From an uncultured Chloroflexia bacterium (lineage in GTDB: Bacteria; Chloroflexota; Anaerolineae; Anaerolineales; UBA4823): a stretch of DNA of 64,000 nucleotides. Below the pieces are notes generated by a model, which was not told where the DNA came from, searched no databases, and was given only the letters and a program-made list of their open reading frames with translations. Position 1 is the first letter of the stretch. Every line of letters starts with the position of its first letter. Shown in pieces: positions 11,320 through 21,166 of this stretch. The stretch lies in contig CAWIYB010000005.1 of NCBI GenBank assembly GCA_963840255.1, positions 384,007 to 448,006 on the forward strand, read 5' to 3'. The position numbers were made by a program, and so were the translations under genes.

Positions 11320-12696
11320 TTGGAATACCTTTCTATGAGCAGTCTACGCGATCTGCCTTCAGTAGAAGAGCTACTTCAAGAGCCCATGGTGAGTCAATGG
11401 ATCATGGAATTCGGCCGAGTGCTTACGGTGGAAGCGCTTCGGTTATCACTCAATCAAGCCCGAGATGAATTCTCAAAGTTGAATAGTGTTCCTACGCGAA
11501 ATAGCCTTTTGGATTATTCCCTCCAATATCTTCAAACATGGACGGCTCCTTCATTACATGCAGTTATTAATGCTACCGGAGTGATCCTTCACACAAACCT
11601 GGGACGCGCACCTCTCAGTAAGGCTGCCGTCCAGTCAATACAGGACGTCGCGTTGGGATATTCAAACCTTGAATTCGATCTACAAACTGGGAAAAGAGGT
11701 GCCCGGTTGGTACACGCTGAATCGCTGCTGAAGCAACTAACCCAAGCCGAAGCGGCGTTGGTGGTCAACAACAACGCTGCTGCTGTTCTACTGGTTTTAT
11801 CAACCCTCGCTCATCGCCGTCGGGTGGTTATCTCGCGCACTCAGCTCGTGGAAATAGGTGGAGGTTTCCGTATCCCTGATGTTATGCGGCAATCAGGCGC
11901 ACATCTATATGAGATAGGCACCACCAACCGTGTCAACCTGGCAGATTACACCACTGCAATTGAGGAAGTATCACCTGCCCTGGTTCTACATGCACACCGC
12001 TCCAATTTTCGCATCACGGGTTTTACTAGTGAGCCCACCCTCCTGGAGCTTGCTGAGACTTCTCACCGTTCTGGTATTCCGTTAATTGATGACTTGGGTT
12101 CGGGTGCTCTGTTGGATACATCAGCCTTTGGCCTGGAGCACGAACCCACGGTATACGAATCATTGTCCGCGGGGGCTGATCTGGTTTGTTTCTCTGGTGA
12201 TAAACTCTTAGGAGGTCCCCAAGCAGGGATTATTGTGGGTAGAGAAGAATTTATGGCCAAACTTCGAAAGCACCCACTCGCACGTGCTATACGCGCGGAT
12301 AAACTGTGCCTTGCAGCCTTGACAGCAACATTACTTCATTACTTGAAGGATGAACCCCTACGCGAAATACCCATCTGGCAAATGATATCTGCCTCTCCGG
12401 GCACTATTCAAAAACGAGCAGAAACCTGGAAAAGTACATTGGGTTTAGGTGATGTAATCCCCAGCCTATCTACAGTCGGGGGCGGTTCGCTGCCGGAGGA
12501 GACCTTGCCAACCTACGTCCTCGCCCTGGCAGTCCGTTCGCCAAATCGATTTTTAGATCGTCTGCGGCAGTGCCGGCCTCCCGTTATCGGACGGTTGGAG
12601 GAAGATCACGTCATTTTCGACCCGCGCACGGTTCTTGAAGGCCAGGATCCGGAGCTTATAGCTGCAATCCGTATCTCATCAGAAAACTATTTATAA
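11320..12696 (+). CDS. selA: L-seryl-tRNA(Sec) selenium transferase
   Basis: 458 aa with INATGVILHTNLGRAPLS and the PLP-lysine region FSGDKLLGGPQAGIIVG, both characteristic of SelA. The start may instead be the internal Met at 11335. Confidence 0.9.
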   Translation: MEYLSMSSLRDLPSVEELLQEPMVSQWIMEFGRVLTVEALRLSLNQARDEFSKLNSVPTRNSLLDYSLQYLQTWTAPSLHAVINATGVILHTNLGRAPLSKAAVQSIQDVALGYSNLEFDLQTGKRGARLVHAESLLKQLTQAEAALVVNNNAAAVLLVLSTLAHRRRVVISRTQLVEIGGGFRIPDVMRQSGAHLYEIGTTNRVNLADYTTAIEEVSPALVLHAHRSNFRITGFTSEPTLLELAETSHRSGIPLIDDLGSGALLDTSAFGLEHEPTVYESLSAGADLVCFSGDKLLGGPQAGIIVGREEFMAKLRKHPLARAIRADKLCLAALTATLLHYLKDEPLREIPIWQMISASPGTIQKRAETWKSTLGLGDVIPSLSTVGGGSLPEETLPTYVLALAVRSPNRFLDRLRQCRPPVIGRLEEDHVIFDPRTVLEGQDPELIAAIRISSENYL

Positions 12697-12710
12697 GGAT
12701 ATTTCGCAAC

Positions 12711-13949
12711 ATGAAAACCGACTTAGATGCGTTGATGCAAGAAAACAATCTCGATACGATCTTGATCACCGGACCTGCCCAACATAACCCTGCAATGGTC
12801 TACATGACTGGCGGTGGCCATGTTAGCAGCGCAGACTTGATAAAGAAGAGAGGCCATGAGCCCGTGCTGTTCTATAACCCAATGGAGAGGGATGAGGCCG
12901 CCAAATCAGGATTGATCACCAAAAACCTGATGGATTACAACTTTTCCGAGCTGCTATCCCAATGTAATGGTGATTACCAGCGTGCAATTGCCAAACGCTA
13001 CCAACTGATGCTCGCTGAAATGGGGGCAGATAAGGGAAATATCGCACTTTACGGTCGGTCGGAAATTGGGACATTTTATGCAATTTTCTCCGCGCTGCAG
13101 AGGGAGATGCCTGGAATAAACCTTATCGGTGAGATCAACAACTCAGTATTAATGCAGGCGCGTATGACCAAGGATAACACCGAGGTTGAGCGTATACGCA
13201 GGATGGGTGAGGTAACAACCCAAGTCGTAGGATTGGTGGCAGATTATATTACCTCACAACAAGTGCGGGATGGCATAATGGTTAAGCCCAATGGAGATCC
13301 ATTAACCATCCGAGATGTGAAGCAGCGGATTAACCTCTGGTTATCGGAGCGGGGAGCTGAGAACCCAGAGGATACGATATTTGCCATCGGTCGGGATGCA
13401 GGTGTACCGCATTCATCCGGAAACCCTGATGACTTCCTCAGGCTTGGGCAGACCATTGTCTTTGATATCTACCCTTGCGAAGCTGGAGGCGGATATTTTT
13501 ACGATTTTACCCGTACCTGGTGCCTCGGTTATGCTCCGGATGAAGTGCTTGCTATATACGAAACTGTTTTGACCACTTATAACCTGATTTCCAGCCAGCT
13601 CCAGGTGGGAAGTCCGTTCAAGGAATACCAGGATAAAGTGTGTGAACTGTTTTTGAAGTATGGTCATCCAACCATCAAGGAAGATCCCCAGACTCAAATA
13701 GGGTACGTTCACAGCCTGGGTCATGGGATAGGGTTGAACGTCCATGAGCGACCCTGGAGTGGGATCAACAGCGACGATCAAGATCGCCTGATTCCAGGCG
13801 CAGTCTTCACCCTCGAGCCTGGGTTATACTATCCCGACAAAGGAATGGGAGTGCGCCTCGAAAACAGCATGTGGGTACGCCCTGACGGGAGCATGGAAGT
13901 CATGGCAGATTACCCGATGGATTTAGTACTGCCGGTAAAAGGTGGATAA
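12711..13949 (+). CDS. M24 family metallopeptidase (Xaa-Pro peptidase-like)
   Basis: 412 aa. The C-terminal pita-bread domain has metal-ligand context VFDIYP, HSLGHGIGLNVHE and FTLEPGLY. Confidence 0.85.
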   Translation: MKTDLDALMQENNLDTILITGPAQHNPAMVYMTGGGHVSSADLIKKRGHEPVLFYNPMERDEAAKSGLITKNLMDYNFSELLSQCNGDYQRAIAKRYQLMLAEMGADKGNIALYGRSEIGTFYAIFSALQREMPGINLIGEINNSVLMQARMTKDNTEVERIRRMGEVTTQVVGLVADYITSQQVRDGIMVKPNGDPLTIRDVKQRINLWLSERGAENPEDTIFAIGRDAGVPHSSGNPDDFLRLGQTIVFDIYPCEAGGGYFYDFTRTWCLGYAPDEVLAIYETVLTTYNLISSQLQVGSPFKEYQDKVCELFLKYGHPTIKEDPQTQIGYVHSLGHGIGLNVHERPWSGINSDDQDRLIPGAVFTLEPGLYYPDKGMGVRLENSMWVRPDGSMEVMADYPMDLVLPVKGG

Positions 13950-13990
13950 ATAACCCTTGGAAAACCAATTACGCTACAAGGTGATCAAAT

Positions 13991-15064
13991 ATGCCAAAAG
14001 TCTCAGATAAAACCTATGAACAAGTGAATACTCCTCCGGCCCGAATCCTTGGGATTGAGACTTCGTGCGATGAAACTGCGGCCGCGGTGGTTGAGGATGG
14101 TCAGGTCATTCATTCGAGTGTGGTAGCCTCTCAGATAGATCTACATGCCCAGTTTGGCGGGATTTTTCCTGAAGTGGCCTCCAGGCAACATATCAAAACC
14201 ATTTACCCTGTGATTGACCAGGCACTGCATGAGGCGCATCTCACGCTGAACGATCTGGACGCTATCGCTGTGACCCGTGGCCCAGGCTTACCCGGTTCTT
14301 TGGTTGTCGGATTGAATGCTGCTAAAGGGTTGGCTTTAGGCAGCGGCTTACCCCTCATAGGCATCAGCCATCTTGAAGGTCATTTGTATTCTGCCTGGGT
14401 GTACAAATCCGATGAAATCCCACCCAACCAGCCAGAGTTTCCATTAATCGCTCTCATCGTTTCAGGCGGACATACAGAGCTGGTCTTGATGAAGGATCAC
14501 CTGCAGTACCAGCGTTTGGGTGCCACCCTTGATGATGCGGCCGGAGAGGCATTTGACAAAGTTGCCCGTTTACTTGGCCTGGAATATCCAGGCGGCCCAT
14601 CCATCCAGAAAGCATCAGAAGAAGGCAACCCCCTGGCTTTCAATTTCCCGCGAGCCTGGCTGGACGACAGCTGGGATTTTTCCTTCAGCGGTTTGAAAAC
14701 CGCCGTAATGCGGGAAGTACGCCAGGGAACCGCACAGACGTCGCTGCCCATCGCTAACCTGGCAGCCAGTTTTCAGGCTGCCGTGGTGGACGTGCTGGTC
14801 ACCAAGACGATCAAGGCGGCGAAGGAATATGACGCTAAAAACATCGTTGTAGCGGGTGGCGTTTCCGCCAATCAAGCTTTACGACATTCTATCCAGTTGC
14901 GTGCCACCTGCCCGCTGCATATTCCTCCTATCTGGCTGTGCACAGATAATGCAGCCATGATCGCCGGAGCGGCATATTACAGATATGTCCGCAACCAGAG
15001 GGACCCCCTGGATATGGACGTCCTACCCAATTGGCCTCTATCTGAAGTACCTGCTCCAGCATAG
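13991..15064 (+). CDS. tsaD: tRNA N6-adenosine threonylcarbamoyltransferase
   Basis: 357 aa with GIETSCDETAAAVV, SGGHTEL and the Kae1/TsaD-type C-terminal CTDNAAMIA. Confidence 0.93.
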   Translation: MPKVSDKTYEQVNTPPARILGIETSCDETAAAVVEDGQVIHSSVVASQIDLHAQFGGIFPEVASRQHIKTIYPVIDQALHEAHLTLNDLDAIAVTRGPGLPGSLVVGLNAAKGLALGSGLPLIGISHLEGHLYSAWVYKSDEIPPNQPEFPLIALIVSGGHTELVLMKDHLQYQRLGATLDDAAGEAFDKVARLLGLEYPGGPSIQKASEEGNPLAFNFPRAWLDDSWDFSFSGLKTAVMREVRQGTAQTSLPIANLAASFQAAVVDVLVTKTIKAAKEYDAKNIVVAGGVSANQALRHSIQLRATCPLHIPPIWLCTDNAAMIAGAAYYRYVRNQRDPLDMDVLPNWPLSEVPAPA

Positions 15065-15246
15065 ATAGCATATCCAATTTATTTACGTGGGTGATGCAAT
15101 CATCCGTTTTAAAATCAAATCGCCCTCTGAGATGGCTCCAATCTCATTGGGCGAGTTTGAGTGAGGAGAATGCAACTATCATTATATACAATCACCTAAA
15201 AATGGAATGAATAAATATTAATAACTTCGTGAGAATAGGACCGGTA

Positions 15247-15864
15247 TTATACGAGTGCAGATTCAATCGCTTCGAGACTGATTGGACCCTCACGCAGGAT
15301 TACCAGGGATGCTGAAGTACAATTCACCACTGTGGAAGGGATGCCACCTGATGTGCGCCCTCCATCCAGAATAAGGTGAACCCGACCGTTTAACTGGCGG
15401 ATCACTTCTTCAGCGGTATTGGAATTCTCCTGACCGGATATATTGGCAGATGTAACTGCCAATGGACCAATTTTACGCAGTAAAGCCAGAGCAACAGGGT
15501 TATCGGGCATGCGCACACCAATTGTAGTATCGGGGGATAGCTCCTCGGGTAAACCGCTGTGTTTTGGGACCACCAGGGTGAGCGGCCCAGGCCAAAAATG
15601 GTGAGCAAGCCGGGCAGATTTATCGTCGAATCGGTCAACAATCCGATCTAAATCAGCATATTCACCAATCAATATTGCTATTGCTCGGGTATTATTTCGT
15701 CCTTTGGCTGAAAAGAGACCTTCAACATACTCGCTCGAAAACGGCAGAGCTGCTAAACCGTAAACCGTATCAGTGGGAAATGCCACCAGACCACCATGTT
15801 GAAGCACATCTGCTGCATGGTCTAGTGCACCGGGATAACCTGCTTTTAGTATTTCAGTGAGCAT
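15247..15864 (-). CDS. tsaC: L-threonylcarbamoyladenylate synthase (YrdC-domain, TsaC type)
   Basis: 205 aa with FPTDTVYGLAA, SANISG and IPSTVV motifs. It has no Sua5 C-terminal extension. Confidence 0.88.
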   Translation of the reverse strand: MLTEILKAGYPGALDHAADVLQHGGLVAFPTDTVYGLAALPFSSEYVEGLFSAKGRNNTRAIAILIGEYADLDRIVDRFDDKSARLAHHFWPGPLTLVVPKHSGLPEELSPDTTIGVRMPDNPVALALLRKIGPLAVTSANISGQENSNTAEEVIRQLNGRVHLILDGGRTSGGIPSTVVNCTSASLVILREGPISLEAIESALV

Positions 15865-15907
15865 AAAGAACTCAAGTTGAATTATACCCTGTGCAATTAA
15901 GATATGA

Positions 15908-16531
15908 TTATGCTATCGCAGAAGAAAATCGGCCGAAACCGGGACCTACCTTCAGAGTACTGGCTTCATACCTGAATCCTGCTTCTGAGTACAAATTACG
16001 GGTATCTGCTTCGGTCCAATGGTGATATTCTATAGCGCGTTTAGCCCAATTTAATAACGAGTCGCGTGCGACACCCTCCAGACCTTTTTCGTTAGCAAAT
16101 TCCACAGCTGATTGTGGATTTAGATTCTCAGCGGGGTTAAGCATGGCGAACTTACCACCTGGGTGAAGCAGATGCCTTATTTTGATCAGAGCTTGTTCAG
16201 GCTGCGGTAATAAGAATAGCAGGTTGGATGCAGTAATCAGGTCAAAAGTACTGGGCTTAAATGGTAAATCCATCACATCGGCGACAACCACAGCGGGATG
16301 CAATGGGGTTGGATTGAACATCCCAATAGCGAGGTCAACGCCTACCGCAGAACAACCGAACTTCGAAAATATCGCCGGCAGAAGCCCTGGACCACACCCG
16401 ACATCGAGAGTGAGCCATCCAGGTTGGGGAGAACACCAGACGGCGAAACCATACAACGTCCGACCCCAGCCTGTTTGCGTCTGGAGCTCCTGGAAATAAT
16501 CAGCATCTTCGCCTAACATTGGCTTATTCAA
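15908..16531 (-). CDS. Class I SAM-dependent methyltransferase
   Basis: 207 aa with motif I LDVGCGPG and the downstream DLITASNLL. It overlaps the coaX stop by 8 nt. Confidence 0.75.
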   Translation of the reverse strand: MNKPMLGEDADYFQELQTQTGWGRTLYGFAVWCSPQPGWLTLDVGCGPGLLPAIFSKFGCSAVGVDLAIGMFNPTPLHPAVVVADVMDLPFKPSTFDLITASNLLFLLPQPEQALIKIRHLLHPGGKFAMLNPAENLNPQSAVEFANEKGLEGVARDSLLNWAKRAIEYHHWTEADTRNLYSEAGFRYEASTLKVGPGFGRFSSAIA

Positions 16532-17297
16532 CCGACTTATTCATATCCCATATCAACTGGAGACCATCCAGAGTGAGCCAGGGTGCAACAATCTGGATCA
16601 CCTCAGTTTCATTGGCGACAATATCCGCCAGGCCTCCCGTGGCAATGACCTTCATTTCCGCTCCCAATTCCTTACGGAAACGTGCCACCATGCCCTCCAC
16701 CAGCCCAACATACCCGTAGAGCAAACCAGACTGAATCGAATGGACGGTGTTGCGACCAATCACCGAAGGAGGTTTTTGAAGATCGACGCGGGGCAGCTTG
16801 GCGGTGCGTTGATAAAGGGCGTCCGCAGCAATGCCAATGCCGGGTGCGATGGCGCCTCCAAGGTAATCTCCGTTTTTTGAGATGGCATCGAAGGTGGTGG
16901 CGGTGCCGAAGTCGACCACACATGCCGGAACACCATACTGGTGGATCACTGCAACTGCATCCACGATGCGGTCCGCACCCACGGCACGAGGATCTTCATA
17001 ACGCACGCGTACCCCGGTTTTGACACCTGCATCGACCACCAACGGTTCCTTGTTGAGGTAGCGGCGGCAGGCTTCGATTATTTTGCTGGTGATGGGAGGT
17101 ACCACCGAGGCCAGGCAGATCCCATCGACCGAACCGGCAGTATGCCCGGCGTGCTCGATCAGACCTAACAGCTGGAGACCATATTCATCGGGCATATGAT
17201 CGAAGGCAGTCGCCAGGCGCCAGCGGGGACCAAGCACTTTTCCATCGTATAACCCCAGGGTAATATTGGTGTTCCCTATGTCAATCGTCAACAGCAT
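16524..17297 (-). CDS. coaX: Type III pantothenate kinase
   Basis: 257 aa with LLTIDIGNTN, DFGTATTFD and GIGIAADAL, as in CoaX. Confidence 0.9.
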   Translation of the reverse strand: MLLTIDIGNTNITLGLYDGKVLGPRWRLATAFDHMPDEYGLQLLGLIEHAGHTAGSVDGICLASVVPPITSKIIEACRRYLNKEPLVVDAGVKTGVRVRYEDPRAVGADRIVDAVAVIHQYGVPACVVDFGTATTFDAISKNGDYLGGAIAPGIGIAADALYQRTAKLPRVDLQKPPSVIGRNTVHSIQSGLLYGYVGLVEGMVARFRKELGAEMKVIATGGLADIVANETEVIQIVAPWLTLDGLQLIWDMNKSVE

Positions 17298-17346
17298 GGC
17301 AGCCTCTTTTCTTCGTTTGTCTGCTTTCAGCTAGTAGATTCGGATT

Positions 17347-18189
17347 TTATGATCCAACGAGCACGTTATCGATCAGGCGTGTTTTCCCAAAGTACACCGC
17401 CAGGGATATCAGCGCCAGATCCAGGTGACCCTGCAATTCCTGCAGGGTATCGGGGTGAGCACAAGAGACATACTGAACTTTTGCCAGCGACTCAGCGGCA
17501 AGCGTTTCAAGCACCACTTCCCGCAGGTGTGAGGCATCGCGTTCGCCTTCATCGAAACTCTTTTTGGCATTGAGCAAACTCCTGGAAAGCACCACCGCTG
17601 CCTTCCGCTCATCCGGTTTTAGATACACATTCCGGCTGGACATGGCCAAGCCATCCGGCTCGCGCACGATCGGGCACACCACGACCTGGATGGGGAAATT
17701 AAGGTCGCGCGCCAGCGTGCGGATCACCACTGCCTGCTGAGCGTCTTTTTGACCAAAATACGCCTTCTCCGGCTGGACGGCGTTGAACAGCTTGGCGACA
17801 ATGGTTGCCACACCGCGGAAATGCCCAGGTCGAAGAGCGCCTTCCAGCAGCTGAGTGACATCTTCCACCTGCACCCAGGTCTGGTAACCAGACGGGTACA
17901 TGACCTTATCGTCGGGTGTCCAGACCAGGTCGACACCTTCTGCCTGCAATAAATCCAGGTCACGCTGCAAATCTCGCGGGTAGGTGCTCAGGTCTTCTGA
18001 AGGCCCAAACTGGGTTGGATTGACGTAGATGCTAACGACCACGCTGTTACATTCAAGGCGTGCCCAGCGGACAAGCGATAAGTGACCTTCATGCAAGAAA
18101 CCCATGGTTGGTACCAACCCAACCGGCTCAATCAACCCTTTGCGAGCGAGACGCAGCTCCTGCAGTGTTTCAACAACTTCCATAGACAA
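17347..18189 (-). CDS. panC: Pantoate--beta-alanine ligase
   Basis: 280 aa with VPTMGFLHEGHLSL, YFGQKDAQQ and MSSRN motifs. Confidence 0.93.
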   Translation of the reverse strand: MSMEVVETLQELRLARKGLIEPVGLVPTMGFLHEGHLSLVRWARLECNSVVVSIYVNPTQFGPSEDLSTYPRDLQRDLDLLQAEGVDLVWTPDDKVMYPSGYQTWVQVEDVTQLLEGALRPGHFRGVATIVAKLFNAVQPEKAYFGQKDAQQAVVIRTLARDLNFPIQVVVCPIVREPDGLAMSSRNVYLKPDERKAAVVLSRSLLNAKKSFDEGERDASHLREVVLETLAAESLAKVQYVSCAHPDTLQELQGHLDLALISLAVYFGKTRLIDNVLVGS

Positions 18190-18196
18190 GCCTCCC

Positions 18197-19096
18197 TTAT
18201 AAATGATCCAGACCCCGCACCAGGCGCCACAAAATGCGGTTCACCGGAGCAAGCAAGCCTACTTTTTCGCCTTCACGGATGACAGCACCGTTGATGGCAT
18301 CAATCTCAGTGGGAGTACCGCGCAGCACATCCTGCAGCATGGAGGATGTATTCGAGGCTGTGTTCTGCGCCACGGCTTCTACAGCATCCTCCGGATCGTC
18401 ATAAGGCAGCTTGATCCCTTTAGCGGCAGCCACCAAAGCGGCTTCAGTTGCCGCCTCCTGCATGAGCTCGCGGGCAGAAGAGCGTGCCAGCAGCTCACCA
18501 TTGGGAACCCGTAATAAGGCAGTGAGGGGGTTGATGGCGGCATTGATCACCAGCTTTCCCCACAGCAGAGATTGCGGGTCGGCGATCGTCTCAACTTGAA
18601 ATCCAGCTTCCTGCAACAGCTCTGCAAAACCAGCACTATTTTCATGCGTTCCGAGGCTCACTTTTCCTTCACCGGTATGCTGGACGTAACCGGGCTCAAG
18701 CATCCTGGCGCCGGTGGTGGTGACGCCCAGCGCCACGCGTGCAGTCCCGAGTACAGCTTGCAGGGTCTCAACATTTCCAAACCCATTTTGCAAGGTGAGG
18801 GCAACCCCAGAACCGTCGAGGCAACTCAATAGCTGCCTGGATGCCCGCACCGTCTGCCAGGACTTGACCAGCACCATTGCTTTCGAGAAGCTGCGTGAGC
18901 AATCGACGGCATCCATGACCTCGACGTGATATGCGTGCGTACCACCGTCCAGACCGAGCAGCCGCACGCCATGCTGGCGGAGTGCTGCCAACCCCTCTGG
19001 CCAGCTGCCCAACATCGACACTTCGAGTCCGGCACCCGACAATCGGGCGGCAAACAGACAAGCCAATGCGCCAGTCCCCACCACCAGCAGTCTCAT
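18197..19096 (-). CDS. panE: 2-dehydropantoate 2-reductase
   Basis: 299 aa with an N-terminal Rossmann segment VVGTGALACLFAARL and an ApbA/PanE C-terminal domain. It sits between panB and panC. Confidence 0.85.
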   Translation of the reverse strand: MRLLVVGTGALACLFAARLSGAGLEVSMLGSWPEGLAALRQHGVRLLGLDGGTHAYHVEVMDAVDCSRSFSKAMVLVKSWQTVRASRQLLSCLDGSGVALTLQNGFGNVETLQAVLGTARVALGVTTTGARMLEPGYVQHTGEGKVSLGTHENSAGFAELLQEAGFQVETIADPQSLLWGKLVINAAINPLTALLRVPNGELLARSSARELMQEAATEAALVAAAKGIKLPYDDPEDAVEAVAQNTASNTSSMLQDVLRGTPTEIDAINGAVIREGEKVGLLAPVNRILWRLVRGLDHL

Positions 19097-19100
19097 CGGC

Positions 19101-20015
19101 TCACCTCACGGAAGGATCAGAAAGGACAACCCTGGGGCTGGTTTGATCAAGCCGTTGCTCCAGGTGCTTCCATTCTTCGTCGCTGATATCCACGGTATGT
19201 TCTGGTCCCGGAAACTGCCTGGCTTTAACATCGGCTTTGAATTCGGTGAAGGCACGCCGCATCTCGACCGATAGATTGGCGTAATGCTTGACGAATTTAG
19301 GGGTAAAGCGTTCGAAAATACCGAGCAGGTCGTGCGTGACCAATACCTGACCATCACAACCGACGCCCGCACCAATGCCAATGGTGGGGATATCCAGGCG
19401 CTGGGAGACGAGCTCAGCCAGACGCCCAGGGATGGATTCGAGCACCAGGCTGAAGCAGCCGGCGTCTTGCAGTGCCAGGGCATCTTCCAGGAGCTTATAC
19501 GCGGCTTCAGCATCCCGCCCCTGGGGTCGAAAACCGCCGAACTTGTTGACGCTCTGGGGGGTTAACCCAAGGTGACCCATCACAGGGATGCCGGTGCTGA
19601 CGATGAGGCGGATGGTCTCGGCGCGCTCGCTGCCACCTTCTAGTTTGATGGCGTTCATGCCGGCTTCCTGGAGGAAACGACCGGCGTTTTTGACGGCCTC
19701 GGTGGTGGAAACCTGGTAGGACATAAACGGCATGTCACCGACCAATAAGGCGTATTTGGCGCCGCGGGCGACAGCTTTACAGTGGTGGATCATCTCGTCC
19801 ATGGTGACGGGCAGGGTGCTCTCATAGCCCAGCACGACCATGCCGAGGGAATCACCCACCAGGATCATGTCCACACCCACCTGGTCCATGACCAGGGCAG
19901 TGGGATAATCGTAGGCGGTGAGCATGCTGATGGGTTCGTGGCGCGTTTTCATCGCCTGGACGAGGCGAGTGGTAACTTTCTTACGTTCCTCTGTAGGATT
20001 TGGGGTTACTGACAT
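19101..20015 (-). CDS. panB: 3-methyl-2-oxobutanoate hydroxymethyltransferase
   Basis: 304 aa with MLTAYDYPTA, LVGDSLGMVV and KLEGG motifs. Confidence 0.93.
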   Translation of the reverse strand: MSVTPNPTEERKKVTTRLVQAMKTRHEPISMLTAYDYPTALVMDQVGVDMILVGDSLGMVVLGYESTLPVTMDEMIHHCKAVARGAKYALLVGDMPFMSYQVSTTEAVKNAGRFLQEAGMNAIKLEGGSERAETIRLIVSTGIPVMGHLGLTPQSVNKFGGFRPQGRDAEAAYKLLEDALALQDAGCFSLVLESIPGRLAELVSQRLDIPTIGIGAGVGCDGQVLVTHDLLGIFERFTPKFVKHYANLSVEMRRAFTEFKADVKARQFPGPEHTVDISDEEWKHLEQRLDQTSPRVVLSDPSVR

Positions 20016-20126
20016 GGTACCCTCCTTTCGTTGTTATGGTAGGGGCCAAAGGATTGGAATTTTTGTTGCTGCATCCCAGTCGGTAAAGATCTGGGTGACT
20101 GGATTAATTATACTATTATTGGGGAT

Positions 20127-20198
20127 AGGCATTTAGGTAATTAGGCAATCAGGTAATTAGGTAATTAGGTAATTAGGTAATTAGGTAATTAGGTGAAT
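20127..20198. repeat. Tandem octamer array, AGGTAATT x 9
   Basis: Read directly: aggcattt aggtaatt aggcaatc aggtaatt x5 aggtgaat. It lies about 110 bp upstream of the panB start and belongs to the same motif family as the arrays at 44636-44722 and 45222-45268. Confidence 0.9.
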
Positions 20199-21166
20199 TG
20201 ATGTTTTTTTTCAGATAAATTACGCCAATCGTATCCTAAAAAATCGAAGAGGAACGACTATTCTATTGTCAGGCTGAGCAGGTTCAGTTGAGGCAAGTGA
20301 ATGACAGTCCGAGAATTAATAAAAAAACATAAATTCAAATACATTCAATTCTCTGATGGGCTGAGAGATTTGGGCGGGAAATGGATTGGTGCAGATAGAC
20401 GGGATCGCATGGAAGAAATGAGGAATATTTTTCCTATTCTATTATAGCACATTTGTTCTAATTGTCAAGAGTAATTACTCACCAGAATCGATAATAACGG
20501 TAGATCATGAGTTGTGCCAAGGGAAGATTGCTTCGACAAAAGGCGTCTCGCAATGACAGAACATTTCTTGAATTTCTAAACTATGACCCTTGAAAGCGTT
20601 AGAGTGAACTCGGTGAGAAGTTACTGTCAAGAGGGAATTTTGGGAGGGGGTATACGATAGAGAAAAATAATGTCACAACGAGTTGTCAAACATTCAGACT
20701 GTCTCACCACCATCCAGGGGCCTGATATGGTATTTATCCGAAAGCAGATTCACGGGGGAAGAAGGAAAACACCAGCGCAGTAGCATTGTTGTCTTCCCAG
20801 AACATCTTCAAAACTTTGTTAAGGTATTACAGAAAAGTATAAGCTCTCTAAATCAAGGTTAATCATAATATTGCTTTGATAGTATTCTTAAAAATATTCT
20901 CAATCCGGAATCGCCCAAACTGGCTAATCAGCTCACACTATCCGGGTAGTTACTTGCGCTTTAGTCGAGCCACACCTGTTACCTGCTCCATACCAACCAG
21001 TATGGCAAAACCTGTTCAGCAAAGCAACCACCACTCCACCTAGATCCCGTAATAACCCGCTTATGTTCTTAACCCCGCTCCATCACCAGGTCTTCACTTT
21101 ACTAAGGTCACCTGCAATGGGTAATTAAGCCCCCACAATCTATTCGCCGATACTCTGCAAAATATC

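Noticed and set aside
16672-20136. Many 60-140-aa ORFs antisense to or overlapping coaX, panC, panE and panB (for example 16682-17023, 18203-18514, 18768-19061, 19106-19513).
   Set aside because: These are shadow ORFs typical of GC-rich coding sequence. Each lies entirely inside a longer gene with clear family motifs. The same reasoning applies to the antisense ORFs inside dnaA, dnaK, GH3, pheT, the mutase and the other long genes.
20340-20420. GGGCTGAGAGATTTGGGCGGG looked like the CUGAGA core of a TPP riboswitch.
   Set aside because: The second conserved half (ACCTGATCTGGATAATGCCAGCG-like) is absent, and no thiamine-related gene follows on either strand.
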